From Pyrinomonadaceae bacterium (GTDB lineage: Bacteria; Acidobacteriota; Blastocatellia; Pyrinomonadales; Pyrinomonadaceae), in the NCBI GenBank assembly GCA_035278765.1, contig DATEIS010000441.1:3288-67287 (forward strand): a stretch of 64,000 nucleotides of DNA, written 5' to 3'. The position numbers were made by a program, and so were the translations under genes. Below the pieces are notes generated by a model. The model saw nothing but the letters and a program-made list of their open reading frames with translations. It had not been told where the DNA came from and ran no database searches. Positions 1 to 9,110 of the stretch are shown one piece after another. Within the stretch, counting starts at the first letter, position 1, and each line of letters starts with the position of its first letter.

Positions 1-1
1 T

Positions 2-64
2 GGAGCAATCGCAGCCGGCCTGGCCTATGCGGCTGGGGTGATCCTCAGGGCGTTTGCAGTTTGA
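2..64 (+). CDS. 3' end of a gene running off the left edge (hydrophobic tail GAIAAGLAYAAGVILRAFAV*), partial
   Basis: The frame is open from the window edge to TGA 62-64. It is too short for the ORF track, so support is weak. Confidence 0.2.
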   Translation, partial: GAIAAGLAYAAGVILRAFAV

Positions 65-228
65 CCTTAGGGCTCAAGTTGACCCCAATGGACTCAATGT
101 CGCCTGTTGTGGTGCTAACAGACTGGCACGGGCTGGATGCGCCGTACCTTTGAGGAAATCTTCCGCACGAGCAAGAGTCGTTTTCCTCAACTCGTGGAAA
201 TCCTTCGTCAAGAACGTCACATTCCCAA

Positions 229-244
229 AGGCACAAACTTTGCT
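229..244 (+). promoter_or_regulatory. candidate sigma-54 -24/-12 promoter (P1)
   Basis: aGGCAC-aaact-TTGCt with exact GG-N10-GC spacing. The -12 element lies 34 nt upstream of ATG 278. Confidence 0.55.
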
Positions 245-277
245 CATTACAGGACGAATGGTCTTGAAGGAGGGATT

Positions 278-511
278 ATGACAACACTTCGCTCTGCTAT
301 CGATCAAAATCAACAAACGCCCATCCCAGCGACGTCAATTATGACTGATGACAAGCAGCATGAGGTGCGCTGTGGAATGTGTGCTCGAGAGTTCTACGTT
401 GACGAAGACGCCTATCGTTTTTACAGCGAGGCGTTAATCTCCGGCTTAGACAATCCTTTCCGCTGCGAGGTATGCAGCGAGGAGTACGACGACCTCGCCT
501 ATGAAGGGTGA
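278..511 (+). CDS. small zinc-ribbon-like protein (77 aa), hypothetical
   Basis: Internal ATG of ORF 137..511 directly preceded by GGAGGG. It has two CxxC pairs (CGMC, CEVC). The 5' part of the tracked ORF overlaps promoter P1. Confidence 0.6.
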   Translation: MTTLRSAIDQNQQTPIPATSIMTDDKQHEVRCGMCAREFYVDEDAYRFYSEALISGLDNPFRCEVCSEEYDDLAYEG

Positions 512-513
512 AA

Positions 514-3237
514 TCATCGACGAACGCCGACGAGTGGTCGCGGCTCGACAGCCGTGACGCGAATGCGAGCATCCAGTATGGTTGCGCCGGCTTCGTGCAC
601 CACAAAGGGATTGCAATCGAGTTCCGCGATCTGCGGCAGATCTTCAACCATCGCACTCACGCGCAACAGTCCATCTTCCAGAGCTGTAACATCAGCAGGA
701 ACACTGCCGCGAAAGCCAGTGAGTAACGGGTAAGTCTTTAATTCGCGAATCATCTCTGAAGCATCTTCGTTTGAAAGAGGAGTGAGACGCACCGAAACAT
801 CTCGCAGTAACTCGACCTGAACGCCACCAGCGCCACAAGCCACCACCGGCCCAAACTGCGGGTCGTGTACTACACCCACCAACATCTCAACTCCGCGTTT
901 TGCCATCCGTTGGACCACAAAGCCTGACGCAGAATGTCCAAGGGAACTCAACTTATCGCTCATCTCGCGCGCGGCCGCACGCACCGCCGCTCCACCCTTG
1001 AGATGAAGCCTGACCGCTCCCGCTTCAGTTTTGTGAATGATACGAGGAGCGATCGCCTTCAAAGCAATCTCGCCGCCAATTTCATCTGCGGCCGCAGCAG
1101 CATCTTCAATAGTCTTAACAAATCTCTGTTCAATCAAGGGGAAGCCATAGCAGGCAAAAATCTTCGCCACCTCGTCAGGCATCAACCAGCCTTCTTCACG
1201 AGCCAGGGCAGCAGCAACAACGGATGCCGCCTCGTCGGCACGGATATCCTCAAATCTAGCCCGATAAGTTTCCTGCCGATCGCGCCATTGTCCATAGCGT
1301 GTGGCGCGGGCGAGAGCGATCGCTGCGGTTTCTGGAAATGAATACGAAGGTATACAAGCTTTCGTTGTACGCAATTCCTTTGGTGCTTCGTGCGCAGAGA
1401 GAAAGACACTCAGAAGCGGTTTGCTTTTGTCGATGTGCTGCACTGCTTCGACGATGGATTTAGCAACATCGTCAGCTCGCGTTACCAGCGGTGGCGTGAA
1501 AATCACTATCAGAGAATCGATGTTCTCATCTGTGCCGACAATTTCGATTGCTTGCCTGTAATGTTCGGCAGGTGCAGACGCGATCATGTCAACAGGATTT
1601 CCAACGCTGGCGCCGGCAGGAAGAAATGCGCGTAGTTTAGCCTGACTACTATCCGATAGAACCGGAACCTCGAGATCGCGCGCTTCGCACGCATCAGCAC
1701 AAAGAATTGCAGGACCGCCGGCGTTGGTGATGATTCCAACTCGCTTGCCATTTGGAAGCGGTTGATTTGCCAGCAATGAGGCAACATCAAACAACTCCGA
1801 CAACGTGTCTGTGCGGACGACTCCAGCTTGTCGAAATAACGCGTCAACTGTGACGTCAGAGGCTGCTATAAGTGCGCCGGTATGAGATGAAGTAGCCCGC
1901 GCGCCTGCGGCTGAACGCCCACTCTTCACCACGGCGATCGGTTTCTTTCGTCCGACCCGACGCGCAATCTCGGAGAACTTCTTCGGGTTTCCGAACGACT
2001 CGAGGTAGAGAAGAATTACGTCCGTATCATCATCTGATTCCCAGTATCGCAGCAGATCGTTTCCAGAAATGTCAGCTTTATTGCCAACAGAGACAAAAGT
2101 CGAGATACCGAGCCCGAGCGAGTTTGCAAACTCCATTATTGCCAATCCCAATGCGCCGCTCTGCGATGAAAAGCCAACGCGTCCACGCGGCGGAATGCCG
2201 GGCGCAAAGGTTGCATCGAGTAGCACGGCTGGATTGGTGTTGGCAATGCCCATGCAGTTTGGACCAATCAATCTCATGCCGGCTCCACGACAGACCCTCA
2301 GAAGTTCAGCTTGTCGAGCTTTTCCTTCCTTGCCAGTCTCCGAGAAGCCGGCCGAGATGACGACCAGCGCCTTTACACCTTTTCGAGCACACGCAGTCGC
2401 AACTCCAACTACGCTTGCGGCTGGAACAACGATCACGGCGAGATCGACAAGTTCCGAAATCGCTTCGATCGATGGGTAAGACTTAACACTTTCAATAACG
2501 CCCGCGGCGGGATTCACGGGGTAAACCGGACCTTTAAATCCATAGTGCAGCAGATTATGAAAGATTTCACCGCCGATGGTTCCACGCTGACGCGAAGCTC
2601 CGATCACGGCAACTGCACGTGGTTCAAAGAAAAGCTTTAACGCGTTTACGGCAGCGATCGACTCTCGGCGTTCGAACTGCTTGCGAGCTTCTTCAGTAAA
2701 AGACGTGGGTAGAACTACGTGAAGCTGTCCAGCGCTGGCGTGGACCTCGATTGGAAATCCCGATTCGCGAAACACGTGCAGCATCGCGTGATTCGCAGCA
2801 ACGACTTCAGCCTCAAAAATTCTGATCCCATTTGCTGCAGCGACCTCTGCCAGTTGGCACAGCAGGATGCTGCCGAGTCCGCGTCCCTGAAAGTCGTTTG
2901 CGATGGTAAAGGCAACCTCGGCCCGTTCCTCCGCGATGACAACATAGAATGCGTGGCCCACTACACGGTCCTCGTCGCCACTGCACGCAACCAATCCAAA
3001 GGCCTGGTCCAAGTTCGCTTCCCGGTGAGCTTCAGCAGCCAGGGCGGAGCTATTCTGAAGGCAGTAAAACCGCAGCCAACGTGATTCTTCCGACAGCGAC
3101 GTCAACAACACTCGGAGTCCAGGTTCATCAGCAGGCTGCATCACTCGAATGCGCACGGTTGAACCATCGCGCAATACAACGTCGCCGTCACGGTGGACGT
3201 CCACGCTCTTTTGAAAAGCTGCTCTATTGTCTCGCAT
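514..3237 (-). CDS. GNAT acetyltransferase fused to an ADP-forming acyl-CoA synthetase-like module (Pat/PatA-type protein acetyltransferase family)
   Basis: 907-aa ORF. N-terminal GNAT core (AFTIANDFQGRGLGSILL), then CoA-binding/succinyl-CoA-ligase-like segments (AVIGASRQRGTIGGEIF, GPNCMGI) and a C-terminal ATP-grasp region. Confidence 0.8.
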   Translation of the reverse strand: MRDNRAAFQKSVDVHRDGDVVLRDGSTVRIRVMQPADEPGLRVLLTSLSEESRWLRFYCLQNSSALAAEAHREANLDQAFGLVACSGDEDRVVGHAFYVVIAEERAEVAFTIANDFQGRGLGSILLCQLAEVAAANGIRIFEAEVVAANHAMLHVFRESGFPIEVHASAGQLHVVLPTSFTEEARKQFERRESIAAVNALKLFFEPRAVAVIGASRQRGTIGGEIFHNLLHYGFKGPVYPVNPAAGVIESVKSYPSIEAISELVDLAVIVVPAASVVGVATACARKGVKALVVISAGFSETGKEGKARQAELLRVCRGAGMRLIGPNCMGIANTNPAVLLDATFAPGIPPRGRVGFSSQSGALGLAIMEFANSLGLGISTFVSVGNKADISGNDLLRYWESDDDTDVILLYLESFGNPKKFSEIARRVGRKKPIAVVKSGRSAAGARATSSHTGALIAASDVTVDALFRQAGVVRTDTLSELFDVASLLANQPLPNGKRVGIITNAGGPAILCADACEARDLEVPVLSDSSQAKLRAFLPAGASVGNPVDMIASAPAEHYRQAIEIVGTDENIDSLIVIFTPPLVTRADDVAKSIVEAVQHIDKSKPLLSVFLSAHEAPKELRTTKACIPSYSFPETAAIALARATRYGQWRDRQETYRARFEDIRADEAASVVAAALAREEGWLMPDEVAKIFACYGFPLIEQRFVKTIEDAAAAADEIGGEIALKAIAPRIIHKTEAGAVRLHLKGGAAVRAAAREMSDKLSSLGHSASGFVVQRMAKRGVEMLVGVVHDPQFGPVVACGAGGVQVELLRDVSVRLTPLSNEDASEMIRELKTYPLLTGFRGSVPADVTALEDGLLRVSAMVEDLPQIAELDCNPFVVHEAGATILDARIRVTAVEPRPLVGVRR

Positions 3238-3261
3238 GTGTGACGGAGTTTATCCGATGTC

Positions 3262-3684
3262 TTATCCCTCTGACATTCCTGTTAAGCGATCAATCCGGAT
3301 CCGAAAGACAATCACTTGAGGAGTAGAAGCATCGACTGCAATCGCAGACTCGACTGGTGTCAACATAGGAAACTTTCGGAGGAGTCTCGTGAGAATCTCT
3401 TCGCGCTCGTTTGATTTTGTGATCTCTTCAAACTTGCCAAATGCGATTGCACTCCGCCAATGCAGGTCGCTTTCGATTTCGTCCGCCTGCACGCATGCTC
3501 GAGGATTTTCCCGCAGACCCGAAATCTTCAGTCCGGGCAAAGAATGGCTATAAAGACAATCGTCTTCGAGATGGCAACTGATCGGAACGACGTAAGGCTC
3601 GCCATTAACAATGCAGCCGAGTCGTGCAACCCGCGCCGACTGAAGCACCTTGCGCGCTTCGATTTCATTGAGCATCGTCATCAT
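3262..3684 (-). CDS. pyridoxamine 5'-phosphate oxidase-like FMN-binding protein (NimA/Pyridox_ox_2-like)
   Basis: 140 aa. ARLGCIVNGEPYVVPISCHLEDD is typical of this split-barrel family. It is a paralogue of 11117..11644. Confidence 0.7.
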   Translation of the reverse strand: MMTMLNEIEARKVLQSARVARLGCIVNGEPYVVPISCHLEDDCLYSHSLPGLKISGLRENPRACVQADEIESDLHWRSAIAFGKFEEITKSNEREEILTRLLRKFPMLTPVESAIAVDASTPQVIVFRIRIDRLTGMSEG

Positions 3685-3732
3685 GCTGCATCCCTCCCCG
3701 AACTCATGAAACTGAGCATCATAATCTTCGAA

Positions 3733-4680
3733 TCATTTTGAGGTCTTACGAACGACTTCAACTGAGCAATGCGCCCGCGCCGCGACCGCTGCTGAAACGC
3801 TACCGAGAATGAATCGCTCAAAGCGATTGCTGAATCCCGTGGAACCCACGAAGATGCAGTCAGCGCCCCACTCTTCCGCTGCTTTGCAGAGTTCTCGCTT
3901 AGGATCACCTTCTTTGACCACACAGGTGACCTTGATCGCAGCAGCTCGCAAAAGCTCCACCGAGCGTTTTGAGATCTCTTCAACCCACTCCTTCTCTTCT
4001 CTTCTATCCTCTTCGATCGTTTCTCCCAGCGGAGGAATCAGCTTTCCCAGAAACTCGGGCGCTAACGGATCGTCGACCAGAACCACCATGACTTCACTCT
4101 GGGGAGGCCATTTGCGCGCGGCGACGGCCCGCAATGCCAAGTCGCTCGCCGGCGAGCCATCGGTGCCGACGATAATTCGCACGGGAGAATTCGGCTCTTC
4201 GACACGTCCACGAGCGATTCTCACCGAGCAAAGGGCTTCAGTTAAAACACGCTGAGAAACACTACCAAGCACGAAGCGCCCCAGCGCTGTACGTCCGTGC
4301 GAACCCACTACAATCAAATCCGGCTTCCATTGATCCGCCTTTGAAACCAACTCCCAGGCAGGCGACCCACATGATGAATCGCCCGTCACCTTCCAGTTAG
4401 GAAAGTTGGTCTGCACTCGCTCCCGTGCGCGTTCTGCCAACGCAAGTGCTTCCTTTGCCGCAGGACAACCCTTTGCAAAATTACGTTCCAGTTCTGCCGG
4501 CGACTTCGCTTCGCGAGCCTGCTCGATGATTTCGTAAGTCGACGGCGGCGGCGGCGGAAGCCACACTTCACCAACGGAAAAGATCTCAGCTTCAGCATCA
4601 GGCGGTAGTCCCGCGTGAGTCAGATCGTCGAGCGCCGCCTCAGCGCATTCCGAGCCGTCATATCCGATTAGTATTTTCAT
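3733..4680 (-). CDS. universal stress protein, tandem UspA domains
   Basis: 315 aa with two Usp modules. Each ends in the G-x2-G-x9-GSV ATP-binding motif (GSHGRTALGRFVLGSVS; GSTGFSNRFERFILGSVS). Confidence 0.85.
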   Translation of the reverse strand: MKILIGYDGSECAEAALDDLTHAGLPPDAEAEIFSVGEVWLPPPPPSTYEIIEQAREAKSPAELERNFAKGCPAAKEALALAERARERVQTNFPNWKVTGDSSCGSPAWELVSKADQWKPDLIVVGSHGRTALGRFVLGSVSQRVLTEALCSVRIARGRVEEPNSPVRIIVGTDGSPASDLALRAVAARKWPPQSEVMVVLVDDPLAPEFLGKLIPPLGETIEEDRREEKEWVEEISKRSVELLRAAAIKVTCVVKEGDPKRELCKAAEEWGADCIFVGSTGFSNRFERFILGSVSAAVAARAHCSVEVVRKTSK

Positions 4681-4762
4681 GGTAGTACGCCCTCTTATTC
4701 TTCGTGCGAAACCGTAACCGGTAAATCACCGGTTCAACGCACTTCGTACTCACACGTTGGAT

Positions 4763-4778
4763 GGCAAGAGTCGTACCG
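4763..4778 (-). promoter_or_regulatory. candidate sigma-54 promoter (P2) for the USP/PNPOx/GNAT-ACS operon
   Basis: The minus strand reads cGGTAC-gactc-TTGCc with exact GG-N10-GC spacing, about 84 nt upstream of ATG 4680. Confidence 0.45.
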
Positions 4779-4907
4779 GGATTTGACGGTCTCTTATGTA
4801 CTTGAAATCAGCAAACATCGTTTCGATACCTGAGAGATCTTCCGCACAATGGCGCAAGATTTCCCATAATCTCCTCTCCTGAAGGGGTCCAATTCCCAGC
4901 AATACTC

Positions 4908-4924
4908 TGGGCACGGTCCTTGCC
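4908..4924 (+). promoter_or_regulatory. candidate sigma-54 promoter (P3) for the VWA gene
   Basis: tgGGCAC-ggtcc-TTGCc, about 68 nt upstream of ATG 4991. It is divergent to P2. Confidence 0.5.
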
Positions 4925-4990
4925 CTTCGCAGTGGTGCGTTGCCCTGTTTCGTCTTCGGAATCTTAAAAGTGAGGTGCTGGATTTACTTC

Positions 4991-5992
4991 ATGCGAAAAA
5001 CTGTCTATCTATGTCTAACAACAGTTATGCTTACTGCTACGGCACTAGCACAATCCATTTCAACCACACAGGCCCAGCAAGATGATAAAGTCGTAGTAGG
5101 CACCAATCTGGTAACGCTGAACGTGATTGTCACTGACAGTAAGGGTCGCTATGTGAAGGGTCTTTCGCGCGATCAATTCGAAGTTTACGACAACAAGATG
5201 AAGCAGCAGATCGCCCACTTCTCTACTGATGCCTCTCCGGTCTCAATAGGGATCGTTTGTAACATTCACGAAAGCGCAACTGAGAAGACGCATGCAATGC
5301 TGGCTGCCATAAAGCAGTTCACCAGCACGTTGAGAAGTGAGGACGACTTTTTCTTTCTGGCTTTCAGCGAGCACGGGAGCTTTGTAACAGATTTTGTTCC
5401 TTCATCGGATCAGGTTCTGGATCATCTTCAGTTCGTAAAACCGGGAGGTCCATCTTCGCTGTACGACTCGGTCTATCTCGCCGCGGGTCGCTTAAAAACG
5501 TCACGCAATCTCAAGAAGGCGTTACTCGTGATTTCTGATGGGCAGGACACCAGCAGCATTCATAATTACGACAAGCTGCGCAACCGCCTTAGAACACTTG
5601 ATGCACAGCTTTACGCGATTGGCATCGCCGATCCAAAGATGGACCAACTCGCCGCCTACCGCCGTTGGTTCTTCGAAGACATCACGCGACAAGGTGGCAG
5701 GCGATCGTTCTTGCTAGACTCCGATGCCGCTATTGGAAGGGCAGTTCTGGCAGAAATGTCTCGTGTAAGTGGCGGCGCAACATACTTCCCGCAAACGGAA
5801 AGCGAATCGGAACTGGCAGGTATCTGCACCCAAATAGCGTTGGAGCTGCGTCAGCAATACACGGTGGGCTTTTATTCCAAAGCGAAAGACAACAACTGGC
5901 ACAGGGTAAAAGTTCGTATCAGCAAATCGGCTGTGGGATCTCATCTTACGCTGACCTACCGAGAAGGCTATCAAATCGGCGCCGGGTATTAG
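4991..5992 (+). CDS. VWA domain-containing secreted protein (acidobacterial VWFA-related family, TIGR03436-like)
   Basis: Signal peptide, then VTLNVIVTDSKGRYVKGLSRDQFEVYDN followed by a VWA-like region. The family assignment is from memory. I chose the ATG 4991 start over TTG 4940. Confidence 0.7.
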   Translation: MRKTVYLCLTTVMLTATALAQSISTTQAQQDDKVVVGTNLVTLNVIVTDSKGRYVKGLSRDQFEVYDNKMKQQIAHFSTDASPVSIGIVCNIHESATEKTHAMLAAIKQFTSTLRSEDDFFFLAFSEHGSFVTDFVPSSDQVLDHLQFVKPGGPSSLYDSVYLAAGRLKTSRNLKKALLVISDGQDTSSIHNYDKLRNRLRTLDAQLYAIGIADPKMDQLAAYRRWFFEDITRQGGRRSFLLDSDAAIGRAVLAEMSRVSGGATYFPQTESESELAGICTQIALELRQQYTVGFYSKAKDNNWHRVKVRISKSAVGSHLTLTYREGYQIGAGY

Positions 5993-6189
5993 TCACTCCG
6001 CTGGTTGGCTAAAGGCTTGCAGGGAACAAGTGGTGTGTAGACCTAATGTGTGTGCGTCTTACGATGAGTCAGGCCACTGTACTGACGGCGCCGCAGAGCT
6101 CACGAAGCATCAATGATTCAGCCAAGCTGCAGATTGCATTTAAGTTTAACGGACTGGCCTTCTTCTGATAAACTTCCGGCCAATATTCT

Positions 6190-6573
6190 ATGGGCCTTCA
6201 ACAGATCAGCTTGAGAGTCTTTCTGGTTGTGGCGGCGCTCCTGTCGTTGTGCGTCTCAAGCAATGTCGGTCCAAGATTCCTACCACTTCCTACAATATCG
6301 GATGATTTGGTAGCGAGCCAATCAGATGACCAGGGTGAGAAAGCTTCGCGGCAGTCACGTTCCGAAGCCGATAGTTTTCGCGTGCCGATGATGGCCCAAA
6401 CACAGAAACGCACGGACAGAGAACCGCAACGGCCTCAGCCCGTCGCATTGGTGCTAAATGGCGTCTTAATTTCTGCAAACGACTACCGAGTTGGTACTGA
6501 GTACGATTACACCAGTTCCTCCCATACGCCGCCATCGCTTTCGCTCTTCTTTGGCCGCGCACCCCCTGTTTAG
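6190..6573 (+). CDS. hypothetical secreted protein
   Basis: 127-aa ORF with an N-terminal hydrophobic signal-like segment (LRVFLVVAALLSLCVSS). I recognise no family. Confidence 0.35.
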   Translation: MGLQQISLRVFLVVAALLSLCVSSNVGPRFLPLPTISDDLVASQSDDQGEKASRQSRSEADSFRVPMMAQTQKRTDREPQRPQPVALVLNGVLISANDYRVGTEYDYTSSSHTPPSLSLFFGRAPPV

Positions 6574-6822
6574 TCGTCAAATAGTTCACTCAATCAAGTT
6601 GGTCCAAGCGCCCTGTGCAGGCGCAGGACAATAGTTCCAATCCACTTGTAATCTCGTCTCACTTTGGACCATCTCATGGTGAAAACCTGGGATTGGTCGC
6701 AGTGAGACAGAACAGCGACCCTGCTCGCCACAGCGCTTGGCCAAGGCAGGTGGCGAGCAATGGGTTGCTGAATTCAAGCGATCATCAGGGAACTTGTTGA
6801 GCAGAGTCAAACAAGGCTGAAA

Positions 6823-8079
6823 ATGACCATCAACTACTTTTTGGGAGCTGCTACGGGGGACCACACCAGAGTGCTTCTGACTCTATTCATAATGCTTGTG
6901 GCAGCCAAGCTAATGGCGGAATTGTTTGAGCGGCTGCGGCAGCCGGCAGTGGCAGGCGAAATCATAGCTGGAGTCGTCATTGGACCTGGTCTACTTAACC
7001 TCGCGGCTCCCTCAGAAGCAATCAATATCCTCGCTGAGATCGGAGTGATTTTCCTCCTTTTCAATGTGGGACTTGAAACAAAACCCACAGCCATCTTCAA
7101 GGTTGGCAAGCAAGCTGCACTTGTTGCTGTGTTAGGAGTCGTAGCTCCTTTCATCGGTGGCTGGTTATTGATGCGACTTTGGGGCAGCACCAGTATCGAG
7201 GCGCTCTTTGTTGGCACCGCGATGGTTGCGACATCGGTTGGGATTACGGCTCGAGTCCTCTCAGGGATGGGGTTGCTTGACGCACCGACAGCGCGCATCA
7301 TCCTGGGCGCGGCAGTTATCGACGACATCCTCGGGCTATTGGTTCTCGCAATCGTATCGAGTTTGGCTGCTGGTACTGTTAATTACCTCGAGATCCTCAC
7401 GACCGCCGGACTCGCGATTGGTTTCACTGCGTTCGTCGCTCTGGTTGGCGCGCCTGTTGTTACTCGCTTCGCTCCGGGAGTTGATCGCCTGCGAAGCGGT
7501 CACGGGATGTTCATCCTTGGACTAGTTTTGTGCCTGGGTTTGTCAGTGGCAGCAGCTTACATCGGAGTGGCTGCGATCATCGGGTCGTTTCTGGCTGGGA
7601 TGGCCCTCGCCGAAGCCGCCGAAGATCATCCGAGAATGCATCGGCAGATTAATGGAGTAACGGAATTCCTCGTGCCGTTTTTTCTGGTCAACATCGGAAT
7701 GCAGCTAAGGCTCGACGTCTTTCGCTCACCGTCAGTCATTATTCTCTGTTTTCTCGTTACGTTGATAGCTGTAGTAACAAAACTCTTAGGATGCGGCTTG
7801 GGTGCGTGTAACCTCGGCTTGAAACGGGCGGCGCAAGTAGGAATGGGAATGGTGCCACGAGGTGAAGTCGGAATAATCGTTGCCCAAATCGGTTTGGCCC
7901 TGGCGGTTATAGGACCAGAACTCTACGGTGTCGTTTTGTTCATGGCGGTTGCGACCACAGTAATTGCCCCGCCTTTCCTCAAGCTCCTTTATGCTGGCGA
8001 ACCAGCGGCGGAAAAGGAGATCGGCCCGGCAGACGCTGGCGGTATAGTGGCTTCAGAGGATCTCTGCAAGATCGGTTGA
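6823..8079 (+). CDS. cation:proton antiporter (CPA2 / Kef-NapA type)
   Basis: 418 aa and polytopic. The N-terminus AKLMAELFERLRQPAVAGEIIAGVVIGPGLL is the canonical CPA2 start. Confidence 0.8.
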   Translation: MTINYFLGAATGDHTRVLLTLFIMLVAAKLMAELFERLRQPAVAGEIIAGVVIGPGLLNLAAPSEAINILAEIGVIFLLFNVGLETKPTAIFKVGKQAALVAVLGVVAPFIGGWLLMRLWGSTSIEALFVGTAMVATSVGITARVLSGMGLLDAPTARIILGAAVIDDILGLLVLAIVSSLAAGTVNYLEILTTAGLAIGFTAFVALVGAPVVTRFAPGVDRLRSGHGMFILGLVLCLGLSVAAAYIGVAAIIGSFLAGMALAEAAEDHPRMHRQINGVTEFLVPFFLVNIGMQLRLDVFRSPSVIILCFLVTLIAVVTKLLGCGLGACNLGLKRAAQVGMGMVPRGEVGIIVAQIGLALAVIGPELYGVVLFMAVATTVIAPPFLKLLYAGEPAAEKEIGPADAGGIVASEDLCKIG

Positions 8080-8141
8080 GACATCAATCAAGGCATTGCT
8101 GCTCACCTCAAGCCATCGTCTGGGTTGCTCCTCAAGGGGCA

Positions 8142-8696
8142 TCAAGCAGCCTCTTGGTCTTCATCACGGCATTGGAGTGGTCGCTTTAGACGGAAGCTGC
8201 GAGCAATCGAATCCATTTGCTCTCGAAGGCTCGGGAGCTTTTCGCTGGCTACCGTGAAGTGGAGAATGTAGAAGGTACGGCTGTCCACGCGAAGATAGTA
8301 GATGCGGCCATCCATGTTTCTCCCCTGGTTAACAAATTCGTAAGAGAACACAGTGCCTTTAAGTTGTCCGTTAAAATCCGTTCCCTTCCCCCCGCTACAA
8401 ACCACATAACCGGGCAGCCTCTGCAATTCCCACTTCTCGGCTTCGCGAAATAGATCCTCCGAAGTGGTATCAGGTGTTACTACCTTCTTGCGGAGACGCA
8501 GATATCCATTGCGGTAATCTTCACCGTTAACAAATTCAAGATGCTCATGAACGTCGACACGCGAGACAGCTCGCCAAGAAGGTGAAGGAAGATCCAACAC
8601 GTACTCGACACCTCTTCTTGTGAAAGTTTGTGTTTGAGCAGTCGCATTTATGCTCAAGGGAATAATAATTAACAGTAGCGTTAAGATTTTTCTCAT
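8142..8696 (-). CDS. hypothetical secreted protein
   Basis: Start moved to the internal ATG that gives signal peptide MRKILTLLLIIIPLSINATAQ. I recognise no family. Confidence 0.55.
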   Translation of the reverse strand: MRKILTLLLIIIPLSINATAQTQTFTRRGVEYVLDLPSPSWRAVSRVDVHEHLEFVNGEDYRNGYLRLRKKVVTPDTTSEDLFREAEKWELQRLPGYVVCSGGKGTDFNGQLKGTVFSYEFVNQGRNMDGRIYYLRVDSRTFYILHFTVASEKLPSLREQMDSIARSFRLKRPLQCRDEDQEAA

Positions 8697-8718
8697 TGCT
8701 ATTACTCTTTCCTGGACG

Positions 8719-9087
8719 TTAAGAGGCAGGCATTTCTGATTCAAAGTACATGATCGTGACCCTACCTTCTCCATCCTCTATTTCCAGGGCTGCATCACGG
8801 CCATCGGTCGTCTCCAATTCCAATCGCTTCACGCCGGCTACGGTGTGCGTCATGTGATTTTTGCTTGAGGCGGATGGCGCCTGGAGCATGATTTCAACGC
8901 AAGCACCACGCTCACCGTCAGTGTCAAGATCCACACCCGCCAATAGCAATCCATCTTCGAGCCAGAAGTCTGATTCGACTTCCCCCGCTGGACCAAGAAC
9001 TTCAAGTCTCGTTGGACGCATGTTGTTTCGTTTGCCGAAGGCTGCCAAATCAGATCGCCACGACAAGCGTTCAATGTTCTTTCGCAT
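8719..9087 (-). CDS. DUF5335-like protein (divergent paralogue of 9856..10254)
   Basis: 122 aa. It shares the layout and the HMTH motif with the neighbouring DUF5335-type ORF. Confidence 0.55.
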   Translation of the reverse strand: MRKNIERLSWRSDLAAFGKRNNMRPTRLEVLGPAGEVESDFWLEDGLLLAGVDLDTDGERGACVEIMLQAPSASSKNHMTHTVAGVKRLELETTDGRDAALEIEDGEGRVTIMYFESEMPAS

Positions 9088-9110
9088 ACTATTTCTCCAT
9101 TTCCAGCAGT

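Noticed and set aside
124-140. TGGCAC hexamer (gacTGGCACgggctggatgc) as a further sigma-54 promoter
   Set aside because: There is no GC/TTGC element at the required 11-nt offset from the GG.
137-277. 5' extension of ORF 137..511
   Set aside because: The extension contains promoter match P1 and has no RBS. The internal ATG 278 has GGAGGG immediately upstream, and the conserved-looking zinc-ribbon part lies downstream.
6006-6021. TGGCTA-aaggc-TTGCa as a sigma-54 promoter for 6190..6573
   Set aside because: The spacing is correct, but the -24 element is weak and it lies 170 nt from a poorly supported ORF. A second weak match (aGGCAT-gccga-CCGCa, minus strand) lies upstream of the USP gene at about 30080-30095. 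Both are kept only as weak possibilities and are not listed as features.
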